Source: the human T2T-CHM13v2.0 reference genome, Homo sapiens
NCBI RefSeq assembly: GCF_009914755.1
Contig: NC_060936.1
Reading direction: 5' to 3' (one strand)
DNA length: 64,000 bases
The notes beneath the pieces were generated by a model, which saw only the letters and a list, made by a program, of their open reading frames with translations, ran no database searches and had not been told where the DNA came from. The first letter of the stretch is position 1. Every line of letters begins with the position of its first letter. Shown in pieces: positions 59,701-64,000 of the stretch. Both the position numbers and the translations under genes were made by a program.

Positions 59701-59931
59701 AGTGAGCTAGAGAGTAAAAATGATCTGGATTTAATTTCTGAGTCTTACTGCCTAACTTTGGGCAAATTACTTAACCTTTGAAAATATAAGAATTCTCACT
59801 GGGTACATGTAAACATGTATGTGAAAATAACATACATAAAGTACTCTAGCAGGCATCTAGTGAATATTAATTTCCTTCTGTTAGATTATCAGGTTATAAT
59901 GGAGTCTTTTAACAATATCTTTAAAATACTA

Positions 59932-60144
<213 letters not shown>

Positions 60145-60155
60145 TCAGGAGTTCA

Positions 60156-60353
<198 letters not shown>

Positions 60354-60665
60354 TCAAAAACAAAAACAAAAACCAAACAAAACAACTCAAAAATAGCAAT
60401 GGCTATCACTGTGTCTCAGTTCACCTTTAATCATTTCTGTATCTTTTTTATTTTTTTCCCATTCTTACGTATATACCCAATTCATTTCTATATCTATCAT
60501 GCCTGCTACCTCCTTACTTTGGGGCCCCCTGAATTATATAATCATAGAGTTTATGAACATCTCAAATATTATTCAGGCTTCTAAGAAGAGCCCTTCCTAA
60601 ATAATCTGAAAACTATGACCTACTTTATTTCTAAGACCCTCTCAAGGTTGACTATCTCTCTATCT

Positions 60666-60711
<46 letters not shown>

Positions 60712-60773
60712 CATCCATCCACCTACCTACCTACCTACCTACCTACCTACCTACCTACCTACCTACCTACCTA
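60666..60773 (+). repeat. Compound tetranucleotide STR (TCTA)11(TCCA)3(CCTA)13
   Basis: Counted directly. Abuts the tail end of a minus-strand Alu monomer (60774-60892). Confidence 0.95.
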
Positions 60774-60928
60774 TTTTGAGACAGGGTCTTGCTATGGTGC
60801 CCATTCTGGTCTCAAACTCCTGGGCTCAAGCAGTCACACTGCCTCAACCTCCTGAGTAGCTGGGCTTATAGATGCACAACATCATGCTGGGATAAAAGAG
60901 ACATTTAATCAGCACTGGTAACTCATTA

Positions 60929-61540
60929 TGAGGCAGGAGAACAGGGTCTGGAGGCAGGGAACCTAAGGCCGATTCATGCTGACTTTCTAGAACTAAATCA
61001 AAAGGAAAACCCCAACTTTCCATGCCCAAGTAGCAAAAGGACCAGTGGCTACTCCCTTTGTACCTTCCCCCTACCCTTTTTCTGCATGACAGACTAAAAA
61101 CTGAAAGTACCTCTGATTGTTTCCTTCCCACAACCAATCAGGATGGTCGTGGGCCAAGTCTTCATTTGCATAGGAGTGTAACTTTGTAACTTCACTTCAG
61201 CCTCTGATTGGTTGTATGTTTGTGTAGGGTGTAACTTTGCTTCAGCTTCTGATTGATATCCTCCCACAACCAAACAGACTGATCGTGGGCCATTACTTCA
61301 TTTACATAGAGTGTACACTAAGTAACCAATGGAAAACCTCTAGAGGGTATTTAAACCTCAGAAAATTCTATAATGGGCTCTTGAGCTGCTTGCTCAGGCC
61401 TGCTCCCACCCTGTGGATTGTACCTTCATTTTTAATAAATCTCTGCTTTTGTCGCTTCATTCTTTCCTTGCTTTGTTTGTATGTTTTGTCCAATTTTTTG
61501 TTCAAGACACCAAGAAGCTGGACTCCATCCACCGGTAACA
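60929..61540 (+). mobile_element. MER51A/B-like ERV1 solo LTR
   Basis: TG...CA ends (tgaggcaggagaacagggtctggaggcagggaacctaagg ... ccaccggtaaca). Internal CCAAT boxes, TATA-like tatttaaa and AATAAA. Imperfect 4-bp TSD atta/ataa. Confidence 0.85.
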
Positions 61541-61879
61541 ATAATACAAATTCAGATTTCTACTGTACCTAAATAACGCAATTAAGTTGCTTTTCATCTT
61601 TACATTGTCTGTAAAAATGACAAATTATAGGCCTACCATACAATATTCCTTGAAACATGAGAACTGTAATCAGGCTCTTTCCATCAGGCTCCTCTCAGGC
61701 CAATAAAGTAATATCACTGTTTATCAAAGCTTCTACATATTAATACAAATGCACAACACAGTTTAATAGTAGGAAACTAAAATGGGCTTTTAGGATCTAT
61801 TGTATAAACTTATTAACTATGGAAACCCTGGGCAAGTAACTTGCTTCTCTGAGCTTCTGCTTCCAGATCTTTAAAATGA

Positions 61880-62224
<345 letters not shown>

Positions 62225-62335
62225 TAAAGAATAAATGAAATGAAATAAGGTAGACATTCAAAATACAGTCACTACCTTCATATTAATAAAGTGAAAACAA
62301 GGCTAAAGAGTAAATAAGGGGAAAAAAACACATAC

Positions 62336-62445
62336 CATGTTCACCGCATCTTGATCAAAAGGGTTCCATTCTATATTCTGAGGATAGTGGGCGAGAACTT
62401 TGGATTTGAATGTTCTTTTCAAAGGACTCTGGTCAAAATTTTCGC
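62336..62445 (-). CDS. DENND5B: DENND5B coding exon (probably exon 2), 110 nt, phase 1->0: (G)[36 protein letters not shown], uDENN region
   Basis: Hand-translated (absent from the ORF track). Acceptor tgtag|GCG, donor ATG|gtatgt. Joins in frame to LCMPKG of the next exon. Confidence 0.95.
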
Positions 62446-63097
62446 CTACAACAAATAATACATAGTTAATATCTAGAACTTTTCCAAAAGCATGTCATAG
62501 TTTTCTATTTATTTTATAGTCCTACTACTGACTGATAATATTGAGATCTGATTCAATTTCTGCCTCTAACCATCTGTATTGTAAAATCCCGATGGACAAC
62601 TAAAAAACTGTTAACAACAGAGCAGCATTTAAAACTTCAGAATCTGAATTTTAAAATCCTGGCTACTCAACTGATACTAAAAATCAAAATATGGTAATAT
62701 AATCATTGCTGTAACCTAATTATGGTCCACATTTCAGTGTGTGGTAATAATAAACTATATGAAAACATTTACTTCAGAAAAGAAAAGTCTTACATTAAGC
62801 TAATCATATGTCTTATGATCCTAAAATTTTATACACACTTAGACCCCCATGCTACAGTGCTCAAAGGAAGCAATTTTGCTTGAGTTTCCACAAAAATCTC
62901 TGAGAAATGTGATTGCATATCCAGGTTCTCCAGTAACAAAATTAACAGAATTAGAAACATCATTGCTGAGTCATCCTGTTTAGTAGACAGAACACATTAA
63001 ACATACTAACCTTTTAAAATAAATGAGCTATCCTAAGTTAAATTCATTATCTGGCAAAATTCTGGAAACATAAAAGTAGGCTACATTTTAATTACTA

Positions 63098-63277
<180 letters not shown>

Positions 63278-64000
63278 TCAATAATAGCTATCAGATTAGT
63301 TTTTTTAACCTCCTCAACCAGAGTAATTCCCTTAAGACCTATTATCCCTAAATGTTTTAGTTTCATGAAATATTTTAAGGTAGACGGATCTTAAATTCCC
63401 AATGTCAAAAATTTGGGATCAAGGAACGAGAAGATCTTGCAACAATTTTATTGTGTTGTGTGTTTTCCTACTTTTAGAGTTCTAATTAAGTGCAAAATAC
63501 TAGCTGTTACAGCAAAAGATAAATGTCACTTTACCAGTATTTATACTATTAAAAATATCACAAAGCAATTTGATTTATGAATTGTATTTGACTTCTAGTT
63601 AGACTCAGTTTCTATTTTGGGTAAAAATATGAAAAAAAAAAACCACCTTGGAATGCAAAACAGATCGCAGAAGGACGAAAAAGTCACACTCAAAAATCTT
63701 GCTGGAGACAACAATATAAAATACATAGGAATTTTTTTGAACAAGGACACATAATTTAAATATATTTGCTTAGGCAACTAAACTACTATTTCTAACTGAA
63801 GTCCTTGGCTAATGATCATTATTTTCTTTAGATTCCTCTGACTTATTTAGGCAAACATTTCATCTCTGTATTTTTCTACTCCATACTTCCATCTTCTAAG
63901 AGTTGAGAGCATTCATTTCTAGAAGAGAAATTGTCAGACATCCTTAAGGAGAGTTTATCAATTTTTGCACCAAGCTTCTAGAGTATGTAAGCATCAAAAA

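Noticed and set aside
63647-63701. 55-nt pseudo-exon (ctccag|CAA...AAG|gtggtt)
   Set aside because: Weak donor, frameshifting, no coding signature.

Overview
Primate (human-like) genomic DNA. It is the internal part of the Rab-GEF gene DENND5B on the minus strand. Six canonical GT-AG coding exons (62336-62445, 46114-46780, 26718-26905, 18476-19012, 14063-14294, 9297-9447; 1885 nt in total) join into one uninterrupted frame covering the uDENN/cDENN/dDENN module. The first exon and the downstream exons lie outside the window. The introns are dominated by repeats: roughly 70 Alu/FLAM/FAM pieces, L1/L2/MIR relics, MaLR and ERV LTRs, a degraded MER21-type ERV, and a full-length Hsmar1 mariner transposon inside a five-level nest. 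Four retrocopies are also present: MRPL30, a heavily decayed TAF10, U13 snoRNA and a tailless 5S rRNA fragment. Almost every ORF in the supplied track is Alu-derived noise. I found no new multi-gene system. The best leads are (1) a read-through, intronic-polyadenylation form of the 537-nt exon that ends in a 42-aa hydrophobic, tail-anchor-like segment, (2) a candidate 15-nt in-frame microexon (QNSTA), (3) an inversion revealed by an inverted target-site duplication, and (4) the TAF10 retrocopy joined to L1. Repeat subfamily names come from remembered consensus sequences and were not run through RepeatMasker.
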